Source of the DNA: Acidimicrobiales bacterium
GTDB lineage: Bacteria > Actinomycetota > Acidimicrobiia > Acidimicrobiales > Aldehydirespiratoraceae
Length of the DNA stretch: 64,000 nucleotides
Reading direction: 5' to 3'
Assembly: GCA_963662455.3 (NCBI GenBank)
Contig: OZ224042.1
Span: 2,446,953 to 2,510,952 of the forward strand
The number at the start of each line of letters is the position of its first letter. Position 1 is the first letter of the stretch. This document shows, piece by piece, positions 39,691 to 49,090 of this stretch. A program made the translations under genes and the position numbers. The notes beneath the pieces were generated by a model that saw nothing but the letters and a program-made list of their open reading frames with translations, was not told where the DNA came from and ran no database searches.

Positions 39691-39852
39691 AGAAGCCGCA
39701 ACCGAATGGGTTCCGGAATTGCTGCAAAGACTTCAGCGTCAAATCGAACTCGGTCATGCACGCAAGACTCCGTGGCTGCATATGAGCGCTGGATTCCCCA
39801 GGCCCCAGTGCTCGTTTCGACGGATTGGGGTGGGCTCTGGCAAGGTTGGGGG

Positions 39853-40629
39853 ATGACAGACTTTGCTGAGAAGTATGGGCCGTGGGGTGTGGTCACCGGT
39901 GCGGGTGCCGGGGTCGGGTTGGCGTACACCGAGGAGTTGATCGCTCGGGGCGTCGGGGTTGTGATGGTCGACGTCTCACCGGGAGTCGTCGATGTCGCCG
40001 CTGGTCTCGGCGGTGAGACTCGCACCGTGATCGCCGACGTGGGCGACCCCGGATGGGTCGACGTGCTCACCGAGCAGACCAACGGACTCGAGATCGGGAT
40101 TGCGGTCGCCAACGCCGGTGTCTCCTATGTCCGCCCCTTCCTCGACATGGACGCCGAGATGCGCCGCAAGACCCTCGACATCAACTGCCGGGCGACCGTC
40201 GATCTGGCTGCATGGGCTCTGCCGGCCATGGCCGAACGCGAGCGAGGGGGATTCGTTGTCACCAGTTCGGGGTCTGCCCTGTCCGGCACCGCATGCGTGG
40301 GTCTCTACAGCGCAACCAAGGCCTTCTCAATCAACCTCATTGAGGCGATCGGCTGGGAGCTGAAAGGCTCCGGAGTCGACACGTTGGCCATCGTCGCGCC
40401 CAGCATGGACACCCCCGCCTTCCGATCCTCAGGCCCCGACTACGACCGTATGGGAGGCCCGCCCGTGGATCCTCGTACGGTTGTTGGCCCGGCTCTCGAT
40501 GCACTCGGGGAGGGCGGCCGCTGGTTGGCCGACGATGGTCTGAAATTCGTTGCCGCAGTTGAACGCTCGGAGCGCGTCGAGATGATGTGCAACGCCACGG
40601 CCGCCATGTACCACCTCTTTGAGGACTGA
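39853..40629 (+). CDS. short-chain dehydrogenase/reductase (SDR)
   Basis: Start taken at ATG 39853 after GGTTGGGGG. WGVVTGAGAGVGLA (TGxxxGxG), NAG, YSATKAF (YxxxK). Confidence 0.85.
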   Translation: MTDFAEKYGPWGVVTGAGAGVGLAYTEELIARGVGVVMVDVSPGVVDVAAGLGGETRTVIADVGDPGWVDVLTEQTNGLEIGIAVANAGVSYVRPFLDMDAEMRRKTLDINCRATVDLAAWALPAMAERERGGFVVTSSGSALSGTACVGLYSATKAFSINLIEAIGWELKGSGVDTLAIVAPSMDTPAFRSSGPDYDRMGGPPVDPRTVVGPALDALGEGGRWLADDGLKFVAAVERSERVEMMCNATAAMYHLFED

Positions 40630-40656
40630 CCCGCACATCCAGCCATACTTGATCCT

Positions 40657-42240
40657 GTGAACCACAGTTCTGCTCCCGCCCCGGGCAATACAAACTCGCA
40701 GAAGTCAAGCACAGCTTCCGCGGATCCGGCCACGGCCGGCAACACCAACGCGCCCTGCGACCACACAGACGTATTGATTGTTGGGGCGGGGATCACCGGC
40801 ATCGGAACTGGCTGTTACTTGCAGAAGGAATGCCCGGACCGAACGTTCGTGATCCTCGAGGGGCGATCGAATACCGGCGGCACCTGGGACCTGTTCCGAT
40901 ACCCCGGTGTGCGTTCCGACAGCGACATGCACACCCTCGGCTACAGCTTCAAACCGTGGACCGCCGAGAAGTCGATCGCCGACGGCCCCGCCATCCTCGA
41001 CTATCTCAACGAGACCGTCGAGGAGCACGACCTCGGTCGCCGCATCCACTTCAACCGGCGCGTGCGCCGAGCGTCATGGTCGAGCGCCGAGCAGTGTTGG
41101 ACAGTCGGGATCGAACACACCGACACCGGTGAGCACAGCACAATGACGGCCAACTTCTTGGACATGTGCTCGGGCTACTACTCATATGACAAAGGGTTCA
41201 CCCCCGAATTTCGAGGCATTGAACGTTTCGAGGGCGAGATCATCCACCCGCAGGCCTGGCCTGAAGACCTCGACTACGCAGGCAAGCGGGTGGTCGTCAT
41301 CGGCTCAGGAGCAACCGCGGCGACACTGGTGCCGGCAATGGCCGTCGACACCGCGCACATCACCATGCTGCAGCGCTCACCGACCTATATGGCCCCCGCA
41401 CCCGACATCGACCCGATAAACCGGCGGCTCAAACAAGTACTGCCAAAACGAGTCGCCTATTGGTTGACACGTTGGAAGAACATCGTCCGGACACATCTCA
41501 TCTACAGAATGTCACGAACGAAACCAGAACGCCTTAAGGACCGGCTGCTTGGTGCTGCCCGTCAAGCTCTCGGACCCGACTACGACATCGACAGGCACTT
41601 CACCCCCGAATACAACCCCTGGGACCAAAGGCTTTGCCTCATTCCCAACGGCGACCTCTACAAAGCGATCAAGAACGGGTCGGCTTCAGTGGTGACCGAC
41701 ACGATCAACACCTTCACAGAAAAAGGGGTCCTGCTCGAGTCCGGTACGGGGCTTGAAGCTGACATCGTCGTCACAGCCACCGGACTGAACCTTGTTGCAC
41801 TGGGTCAAGTCAGGCTCGAAGTCGACGGACGACCCGTCAATCCCGGCGAGACCTGGACCTACAAGGGAATGGCCTTCTCCGATGTCCCGAACCTTGTGAC
41901 CACATTCGGATACGTCAACGCGTCTTGGACGCTGCGAGTCGATCTGAACGCCGCCTATTTGTGTCGCCTGCTCAACCACATGCGCGAGACAGGAACCACA
42001 CAGTGCACGCCACGCCTGCGGCCAACAGACCATGACATGCCACCGCGACCCTTCATTGATGATTTCCCGGCGGGTTACATCAAACGGGCAATGCATCTGC
42101 TTCCTCGCCAGGGCGACCGCGAACCGTGGCTGAACACTCAGAATTATCTACGGGACCGCAGATTCATCGGTCGTCAACCGGTCGACGACGGCGTCATGAA
42201 GTTCACCGCAACCCTTGCCTCGGCACACTCTCGAAGCTAA
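40657..42240 (+). CDS. Baeyer-Villiger-type flavin monooxygenase
   Basis: 527 aa. FAD site VLIVGAGITG. BVMO fingerprint FEGEIIHPQAWPED (FxGxxxHxxxWP). NADP site VVVIGSGATA. Confidence 0.85.
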   Translation: MNHSSAPAPGNTNSQKSSTASADPATAGNTNAPCDHTDVLIVGAGITGIGTGCYLQKECPDRTFVILEGRSNTGGTWDLFRYPGVRSDSDMHTLGYSFKPWTAEKSIADGPAILDYLNETVEEHDLGRRIHFNRRVRRASWSSAEQCWTVGIEHTDTGEHSTMTANFLDMCSGYYSYDKGFTPEFRGIERFEGEIIHPQAWPEDLDYAGKRVVVIGSGATAATLVPAMAVDTAHITMLQRSPTYMAPAPDIDPINRRLKQVLPKRVAYWLTRWKNIVRTHLIYRMSRTKPERLKDRLLGAARQALGPDYDIDRHFTPEYNPWDQRLCLIPNGDLYKAIKNGSASVVTDTINTFTEKGVLLESGTGLEADIVVTATGLNLVALGQVRLEVDGRPVNPGETWTYKGMAFSDVPNLVTTFGYVNASWTLRVDLNAAYLCRLLNHMRETGTTQCTPRLRPTDHDMPPRPFIDDFPAGYIKRAMHLLPRQGDREPWLNTQNYLRDRRFIGRQPVDDGVMKFTATLASAHSRS

Positions 42241-42249
42241 AGTCCGCCG

Positions 42250-43278
42250 ATGCCTGATGCTTTCCCGACGACCAATGCCTCGAACGGTCCCGGGGCCAAA
42301 GGTTACGAACCGACCGTACCCATCTCCGTGTCGCCGATCCTTGACTGGCCGCCGAAGCCAGTGGCAACACTGCGGTATTTGATTTCTCCCGTGATGCTTC
42401 CTTACGGGATTTGTTGGGTGGCGCTGGCAGTTCTGATTTGGAACTACCTGACCCCGGCGATGGATCGAATGGAGGCTCTGCATCCGGGTTGGATGTTGGA
42501 AATCTATTTGCGGAATGCCGTGTTGTTGACGTTGGTGGCGGGGTCGCTTCATCTGCTCTTGTATTCCCGGCAGGCTCAGGAGCAGCGCTACAAATACAAC
42601 CTGCGTTGGCTCAGCACCACAAACCGTTCGTTTCTGTGGACTAGTCAGACACGCGACAACATGTTCTGGAGTCTCGTCAGCGGATGCACGATCTGGACTC
42701 TGTACGAGTCGCTGACCTTGTGGGCCTACGCCAACGACTTGGTCCGATCAGCGCAGTGGGACTCGGCGTGGCTGTATTTGGGGATGCTCACTGTCTGTGT
42801 GTACTTGTGGGCCGTCACCCACTTCTACCTCAACCACCGGTTGTTGCATACACGTTGGTTCTACGATCACGCCCATTACCTGCATCACCGCAACGTGAAC
42901 ACCGGGCCATGGAGCGGTATTTCGATGCACCCACTGGAGCATTTGATCTATTTCAGCGTCTTTCTGATCTGGTGGATAGTACCTGCCCACCCCGTCATCG
43001 TGATTCTCAGCGGACTGTTCAACGGCGTGTCGCCAGTGGTCTCGCATTCCGGTTTCGAACGCGTTGAAATCGGCCGTCACCAAGAGAGGACCGCTCCCGC
43101 CGGGGATTACTTCCACCATCTTCATCACCGCTATTTCGAATGCAACTACGGCAACCGCCCGGTGCCGATCGACAAGCTGATGGGGACATTCCACGACGGC
43201 ACACCAGAGGCCCACGCCCGAATGAAGCAGCGGATGCGCAAACACCGTGGTGCCCAAGCCGGTTCTGAAAGCGTCTGA
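42250..43278 (+). CDS. fatty acid hydroxylase / sterol desaturase-family di-iron membrane enzyme
   Basis: 342 aa with several TM segments. His boxes: HFYLNHRLLH, HYLHHRN, HHLHHRYF. Confidence 0.8.
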   Translation: MPDAFPTTNASNGPGAKGYEPTVPISVSPILDWPPKPVATLRYLISPVMLPYGICWVALAVLIWNYLTPAMDRMEALHPGWMLEIYLRNAVLLTLVAGSLHLLLYSRQAQEQRYKYNLRWLSTTNRSFLWTSQTRDNMFWSLVSGCTIWTLYESLTLWAYANDLVRSAQWDSAWLYLGMLTVCVYLWAVTHFYLNHRLLHTRWFYDHAHYLHHRNVNTGPWSGISMHPLEHLIYFSVFLIWWIVPAHPVIVILSGLFNGVSPVVSHSGFERVEIGRHQERTAPAGDYFHHLHHRYFECNYGNRPVPIDKLMGTFHDGTPEAHARMKQRMRKHRGAQAGSESV

Positions 43279-43320
43279 CTTGTTTCGCGGCGCGCCGATT
43301 CATCCAGGCTCTCAACCTTA

Positions 43321-43456
43321 GAACGAGCGCGGATCGGCCATCGTGGGTGCGCCGAGACCTGTCGTCTCCTGCTCTTGTTGGCCCTGCGCTCACGGGCCGC
43401 TCGGGCCACAGCCTCGTTCAGCCGCGGCCGTGTACAGGGTCAATCCGCTCGGCCTC
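43321..43456 (+). repeat. dispersed intergenic repeat, copy B
   Basis: 136 bp between convergent genes. It aligns with copies A (reverse complement) and C. Imperfect terminal inverted repeat GAGCGCGGAT ... ATCCGCTC. Confidence 0.85.
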
Positions 43457-44029
43457 TCAAGGAACGTCTGAGTCCGCTTCTTCAAGGAGCGGAGGGCGCA
43501 CAGCAGCCAGAGCGGCGACCACTACCACCCCCAAAATCGTGGCCGACAATAAAGACTCCGATGCTGTGATCGTGTTGTCTGAATACTGATCGGTTGTGCC
43601 GTCCACCCATTCGAGCGGATCCCTATGAACCAGCATGGCGATCATCGCCGCGAAGATCCCGATCGTGACGACCATGCTCGAAATCATCTCAGACAACGGA
43701 CCCGGCTCGGTTCGACGCCAACCAACGACAACCAACACGACCGCCGGGATCCACAACGGCAGCGAAACAACCGAGATCACAGCGGCCGGGATGATGCCTG
43801 CGCCCGCTGCCAGGATGAAACGCCCTCGATCGGTTGAATGGGACAGCAACGCCACCAAGGCCGCGACCACGAACGGGGCAACAAGAGACACCGAGATACG
43901 CAGGCTCCCCGGTTCTCCTTCAGACCCCGAGTAGCGGATCCAACCGATCACCGCCGAGTAAACGACCGTCGCCGCACAAGCCGGCACAACCCAGCGCCCG
44001 ATGGGATCATCGCTTGGCATCAGCATCAA
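43457..44029 (-). CDS. hypothetical integral membrane protein
   Basis: 190 aa, about five hydrophobic helices. No family is recognised. Confidence 0.6.
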   Translation of the reverse strand: MMLMPSDDPIGRWVVPACAATVVYSAVIGWIRYSGSEGEPGSLRISVSLVAPFVVAALVALLSHSTDRGRFILAAGAGIIPAAVISVVSLPLWIPAVVLVVVGWRRTEPGPLSEMISSMVVTIGIFAAMIAMLVHRDPLEWVDGTTDQYSDNTITASESLLSATILGVVVVAALAAVRPPLLEEADSDVP

Positions 44030-44062
44030 CCTTTCTGTGACTTCGTTCCGGTGCTCTGGTGA

Positions 44063-44590
44063 TCAGTGCCGTCTTACTCCACCGTATTTCATGCGAGTGT
44101 CGCTCATGGAAGCGGAGCGCTTCGTGTCGTCGACAACCGCCGCTTCAACGAGTTCACCGACGAACAGGGTGTGAGTGCCGAAGTCGATCGCATGGCGGAC
44201 TTCGCAATCCATCCAAGCAACGGCTTCGGTGAATACCGGTGCACCAGTACGCCCTGTCCGAACGGGCCGGCCATTGAGTGTGTCGCCATCGTCGCGGGCA
44301 GGTTTTGAGAACTTGACGAAGACCCGTGTGTCATCGGAATCCCAAAGGTTGACCGTGAAGGATCCACCGTTGGTGATGAGTCGATGGGTCACCGCCGTGT
44401 TGTCGACTCCCACGCCGATCAGTACTGGTTCCATCGAAAGTTGTGTAATCCAACTCGTGGTCATGGCATTGCGTTCGTTGCCTGCCCTCGACCCGACCAA
44501 CGCCAAGGCGTTGGGGATCTTCCAGGTGACCCGGTTGATCAGTTCGCTGTCAAGCGACGCGTCTTCTGCCATACCCAAAGCGTAGGCCAC
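44063..44590 (-). CDS. flavin reductase family protein (FMN-binding split barrel)
   Basis: 175 aa. NAMTTSWITQLSMEPVLIGVGV, TGAPVFTEAVAWMDCEV, THTLFVGELV. Confidence 0.85.
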   Translation of the reverse strand: MAYALGMAEDASLDSELINRVTWKIPNALALVGSRAGNERNAMTTSWITQLSMEPVLIGVGVDNTAVTHRLITNGGSFTVNLWDSDDTRVFVKFSKPARDDGDTLNGRPVRTGRTGAPVFTEAVAWMDCEVRHAIDFGTHTLFVGELVEAAVVDDTKRSASMSDTRMKYGGVRRH

Positions 44591-44777
44591 CGGGCGTGGT
44601 TCGACTCGACGACCATGGGATCCTGCTCAGCCGAGTCAGCGATGAACCGGTCGGACCCGCCTTGACCACTTCAACCGCGCTGAGGACGGTGGGTTCGTGT
44701 CGAGTTGGAGGCGGCATCTCCGATGCACGGTCCGCGCAGTCGGAGTGGCGGGGATTCTCCGTCTCCTCGAAGACGGG

Positions 44778-46789
44778 TCACGCTCGATTGAGTTGGGGGA
44801 GGCCGGTGCCGGTGACGGTGACGACACCTTCCACGAATAGCGTGCGACCGTTCAAGTCGATGGACTTCTCGTCCCAGAGGGTCTCCATTTCAAACTCTGG
44901 CGCGCCCGCAACAGTCATCGCCGCGCCCACCGCTGAGCGGGCATGGTCGATCGCAGCTTGTTTGGCCTTTTCAAGCTCGAAGAATGACTCAGGTTCAGAG
45001 CCCACATGGACTCGATACAGTCCTCTGCGCGGCGCTGAAACGGTGAAACGACGACGGATACGAACCTTGCCCACCGCAGCACCAACCGCGTTCGCGACAT
45101 CGGCGTTTTCTGGGATCTGCACTTTTGTGCCGAGCAGCTCGCCGATCGCCGCGTAGTAGGCAGCAGCCGGAGCGCCGAGACCGACCAGCGGAACGGCCAG
45201 ACCGGCCACCAGCTTGGAGGCGCGAAGTTTGCCGTCAAGCGCCGCCGTCACCACTTCGGACGTCGCGGCAGACTCAGACAGGCCGTCGCTTGAGAACGCC
45301 ATCGCCAGCAGTTTCTCAGCCGACAGCCGTACCAGTTTCGCCACGACAGCCTCAGCGAATTCTCTCGGCGTACCAACGATCATCTTGCCGCGATGGTCGC
45401 ATCGCCGAGACCAGACTTCAGCGGCCACCTGTGCAACCAGCGGATCATGGGTCGTCTGCTCGCCGAGCACATGGGCGGCATCGGTCGGCGTGAACGCCGA
45501 CACACGCAACGCACCGCGAGCAGCCAGACGCCTCAACGCCAGAGCATCGCGACTCCCCTCAACAACGGCATCCGCCAGAACAACCTGCCCCCCGATTCGT
45601 TCCATCAACTGACGTTCGACACGGTCCAACGAAACTTCATCGGCTCCAGCTGCCGGTTGCAGAAAAACGGCGCTCCATTCCTGAGGAGCCGTGTCGGCGT
45701 TGAGTTGGCGCCTCAGTTGTGACGACAGGAAGTCGCCGTGGTCCTGGGCTAGGACCACCAGCGGAATCACACGCCGGGGGCCGACCACCAAGTCGGGTCC
45801 GTGCGCACGGTCCGCGAGCGTCACCTCGCTGTCACCACCGATGCCGTGTGTCGCCATTGCAAACGCTTCAACCATAGTTCGATGCCCGCCGACCGTGGCT
45901 CCTTTGGGGTCGAAGCCGGACACCCCGTCACGCAGGACCGCGATATCGGTCGTCGTGCCGCCGATGTCGGAGATGATGGCATCTCCTGCACCCACAAGGT
46001 GCTCTGCGCCGAGCACGCTCGCTGCCGGTCCGGACAAGATGGTTTCAACGGGGCGTTCCCGAACGAAATCCGCCGACACCAACGAACCGTTGCCTCGCAC
46101 CACCATGATCGGAGCTTCAACCCCCAGGTGGGCGAGTACACCTGTGGTCGCAGACAACAGTTCATCGATCAATGAAATCATTCGGGCGTTGAGCAGTGCT
46201 GTGACCGACCGTTTGGGGCCGTTGAGTGCGTCGGACAACTCGTGGCTGCAGGTGACCGGCAGACCGGTGCGCTCCCGGATCAAGTCTCTGGCAGCGATCT
46301 CGTGGTCGGGGTTGCGCACACTGAACTGTGAGGTGACCGCGAATCCTTCTACCAGAGGCGCCGTCTCTGAAACGGCCGCGCTCAGCGCGTCGACGTCGAG
46401 CGGTTCGGCTTCGGCTCCGTGTGGGGTGTGTCCTCCGGCGACCAGCACCACCGAGTCACTGCCGATCGTTTCGCGCAAACCGCCCCTGTCGAGAATCGCC
46501 TCTTCAAAACCGATCATCACCAACGCAGCCGGACGACCCTGCCTTCAACCAGAGCGTTGGTTGCCAGCGTGCTCGACAATGAAACAAAGCTGACCGCGTT
46601 CGGATCAACCGACGCGACGATGAGCACCCGTTCGATCGCCTGACCGATACCGACAGCAAGATCGTCATGGGTTGTGGGTGCTTTGGCCTTGCCCAACAGA
46701 GCACCCGAGGCCTCGTCGTAGACGACCGCGTCGGTATAGGTGCCGCCGGTATCAACACCAAGAATCAAACGACCTGCTGAAACTGGCAT
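44778..46789 (-). pseudogene. hydantoinase/oxoprolinase-family (HyuA-like) gene split by a 1-nt frameshift
   Basis: The N-terminal ORF 46517-46789 (LGVDTGGTYTDAVV...STLATNALVEG) continues in another frame as (GRPAAL)VMIGFEE... in ORF 44778-46523. The junction is at ~46535-46545. Confidence 0.75.
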
Positions 46790-46988
46790 GCCCCGTTATT
46801 CTGCCCTACCGACAGCCACGCCGCGATCATAGCGGTTACAGACCTTTTGCTACTACTGAATTCCACTGACACGTCAACCCTCCTGCACGAACCGAAATGA
46901 TTCAAGATCCACCGTTTCAGGCTGTGCTCCCGTACCATTGCGATTACGTGGTCCCAGGCAGCGGGGCCGACAACATGAGGAGTCTCTG

Positions 46989-48407
46989 ATGAGGATCTTG
47001 CCGGACGTCACCCCTACCGATGAGCAGCTCAAGATCATCGGTGACGTAAAGCCTGGATTCCGAATAATCAGAGGTGCAGCCGGCAGCGGAAAGACCACAA
47101 CAGCTCTACTATGCCTGCGCCAGCTAGTAGTTGCTCGACTCAAGCGGCGGCAACGTCATGGGCACGAATCGCCGGTGCGGGTGCTGGTGCTCACTTTCAA
47201 CCGCACCCTCGAGGGCTACATCTCTGAACTTGCCCGCAACTGTGTACCTGACGATGATGCGCTGGATCTAACGACCAGCACTTTCGCTCGCTGGGCTAGG
47301 ACGATGGTGGGCGATGCAGACATCGCCGACCGCTATCAAGAATCGGCGATGATTCGCCCACTCCTGCAATCGTTCGTCACTTCAAAACAGGACCAATTCT
47401 TCACCGACGAAGTCGCCTACATCCTGGGTCGTTTCGACCCGGGTAACCGCTCCGAGTACCTCTCCGTAGTCCGGCAGGGTCGAGGACTCAATCCCCGGGT
47501 CAACCGTCCGCTCAGAGAGAAACTGCTCCAAGATGTGCTCCCGGCATACGAGGAAGCCAAGGCCGAGCGCGGTCTAATCGACTGGAACGACCTCGCAGTG
47601 CTCGCTGCGGACGCCCAACTTGGGTTCAGCTACGACGTTGTGATCGTCGACGAAACGCAGGACTTCTCTGCCAATCAGGTTCGGGCCATTACCCGGCACC
47701 TTCAAGACTCCCACAACACCACCTTCATCATTGACGCGATGCAGCGCATCTATCCCCGGTACTTCACCTGGCGCGAGGTGGGCGTAACCGCACGACCCGA
47801 GATCATCCATACCCTCAAAGAGAACTATCGCAACACCGAAGCCATCGCAGCCTTCGCCATTCCCCTCGTTGATGGACTCCCAGCAGAAGACGACGGAACA
47901 GTACCAGACTTCACCGCGTGCAGTCGCTCGGGTGCAACTCCTTTAGTCGTCGAGGGCAAGTACAATCAGCAACTCCAAATCATGCTGGATCGTCTCACGC
48001 AGATCACTGACTTCTGCACAGAGTCCATCGCCATACTCCAACCTCGCGGCGGTGGCTGGTTCAGCGAAACGCGGAAAGCTCTCCAGAATCGGGGGCTAGC
48101 GTTCTGCGAGCTAGCCCGTGAGAACGAGTGGCCTTCGGGCCCCGAGGTCGTCGCCCTATGCACTATCCACTCGGCCAAGGGCCTCGAGTTCGACCATGTG
48201 CTTCTTCCCGGCCTCAGCCAACAGGTCACACCGCACGGTCCCGAAGACGGCGATGCAGACCTCGATCGATTGCGTCGCATGTTGGCGATGGCCATCGGGC
48301 GCGCCCGCAAATCAGTCATGGTCGGCTACAAGCCAGGCGAGGAGTCGTCCTTGATCGGATTGCTCGACTCTTCCACCTACGAGCTTGTCAAGGCGCAGAC
48401 ACCATGA
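46989..48407 (+). CDS. compact UvrD-like SF1 helicase / AAA_19-type ATPase
   Basis: 472 aa from ATG 46989, with GAGGAG 6 nt upstream. GAAGSGKTT (Walker A), VIVDETQDFS (motif II), ENYRNT, TIHSAKGLEFDHVLL, AIGRARKSV. Confidence 0.85.
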   Translation: MRILPDVTPTDEQLKIIGDVKPGFRIIRGAAGSGKTTTALLCLRQLVVARLKRRQRHGHESPVRVLVLTFNRTLEGYISELARNCVPDDDALDLTTSTFARWARTMVGDADIADRYQESAMIRPLLQSFVTSKQDQFFTDEVAYILGRFDPGNRSEYLSVVRQGRGLNPRVNRPLREKLLQDVLPAYEEAKAERGLIDWNDLAVLAADAQLGFSYDVVIVDETQDFSANQVRAITRHLQDSHNTTFIIDAMQRIYPRYFTWREVGVTARPEIIHTLKENYRNTEAIAAFAIPLVDGLPAEDDGTVPDFTACSRSGATPLVVEGKYNQQLQIMLDRLTQITDFCTESIAILQPRGGGWFSETRKALQNRGLAFCELARENEWPSGPEVVALCTIHSAKGLEFDHVLLPGLSQQVTPHGPEDGDADLDRLRRMLAMAIGRARKSVMVGYKPGEESSLIGLLDSSTYELVKAQTP

Positions 48408-49090
48408 GTTGGGCACCTGAAGCGGTCCCACAATCTGAGACAGAAGTGCGTGATGAGCCACGCTGCCCCGAGGTCGTCAATGCCGCTGTTGAACGCGGCA
48501 TTACCAGCATCGTTCATTTCACCCGTGCCCGTCCCGGGCTTATCGGCATTCTCGACAGTTCCGCAGTCAAAGCCCGGCGAGATCTGCCCGAAGACGTACG
48601 ACTACGACACGTGTACGAAGACAACGCAGCTGACAGAAGCCGGGACTGCCTTTGGCATGGCTATGTCAACCTCTCCATAACAGACATCAACGAATGGATG
48701 TTCCGGGCATCGAAGAAGTGGCACACGGAGGCCGAATGGGTGATCCTTGATTTCAGTCCAGAAATCCTGGGCGACCCTGGGGTTGTGTTCTGCACTACTA
48801 ACAACGCCTACCCGACCGCCCATCGTCACGCGGGGCTTCGAGGCTTCGCTCAGATGTTCGCCTCGATGGTCCCTGGATACCAGGGTCTCGGTAGCACTCG
48901 CAGCGTCCGAGACCCGAATCAGACCACAGACCACCAAGCAGAAGTCCTTTATCCGTCTGCTCTCTACCTCGACTACCTCCAGTCGATTATCGTTGGGAAT
49001 GAGGGCACGTGCGACACCGTAGAAGCGGCACTAGCCCACTCTCCGCATCACGCTCCCAACATCGCCATCGCACCGGAGGCGTTCGAGTGA
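48404..49090 (+). CDS. DarT/DUF4433-like ADP-ribosyltransferase (H-Y-E class), putative DNA ADP-ribosylating toxin
   Basis: 228 aa. The ATG overlaps the helicase stop (ATGA). ITSIVHFTRARPGLIGIL (His), HGYVNLS (Tyr), VVFCTTNNAY, DHQAEVLYPSALYLDYLQSIIV (catalytic Glu). The order and spacing match DarT. Assignment is by eye only. Confidence 0.65.
   Translation: MSWAPEAVPQSETEVRDEPRCPEVVNAAVERGITSIVHFTRARPGLIGILDSSAVKARRDLPEDVRLRHVYEDNAADRSRDCLWHGYVNLSITDINEWMFRASKKWHTEAEWVILDFSPEILGDPGVVFCTTNNAYPTAHRHAGLRGFAQMFASMVPGYQGLGSTRSVRDPNQTTDHQAEVLYPSALYLDYLQSIIVGNEGTCDTVEAALAHSPHHAPNIAIAPEAFE

Noticed and set aside
17057-39852. Integrase, transposase or att direct repeat marking the tRNA-Ser island borders
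   Set aside because: I looked for tyrosine/serine recombinase motifs and for a copy of the tRNA 3' end (GGTTCAAATCCCACACCCTCC) in the island's intergenic regions. I found none by eye, so mobility cannot be claimed.
39393-40112. 239-aa minus-strand ORF
   Set aside because: It spans the end of one plus-strand gene, an intergenic gap and the start of the SDR gene. Pro/Ser/Thr-rich shadow ORF.
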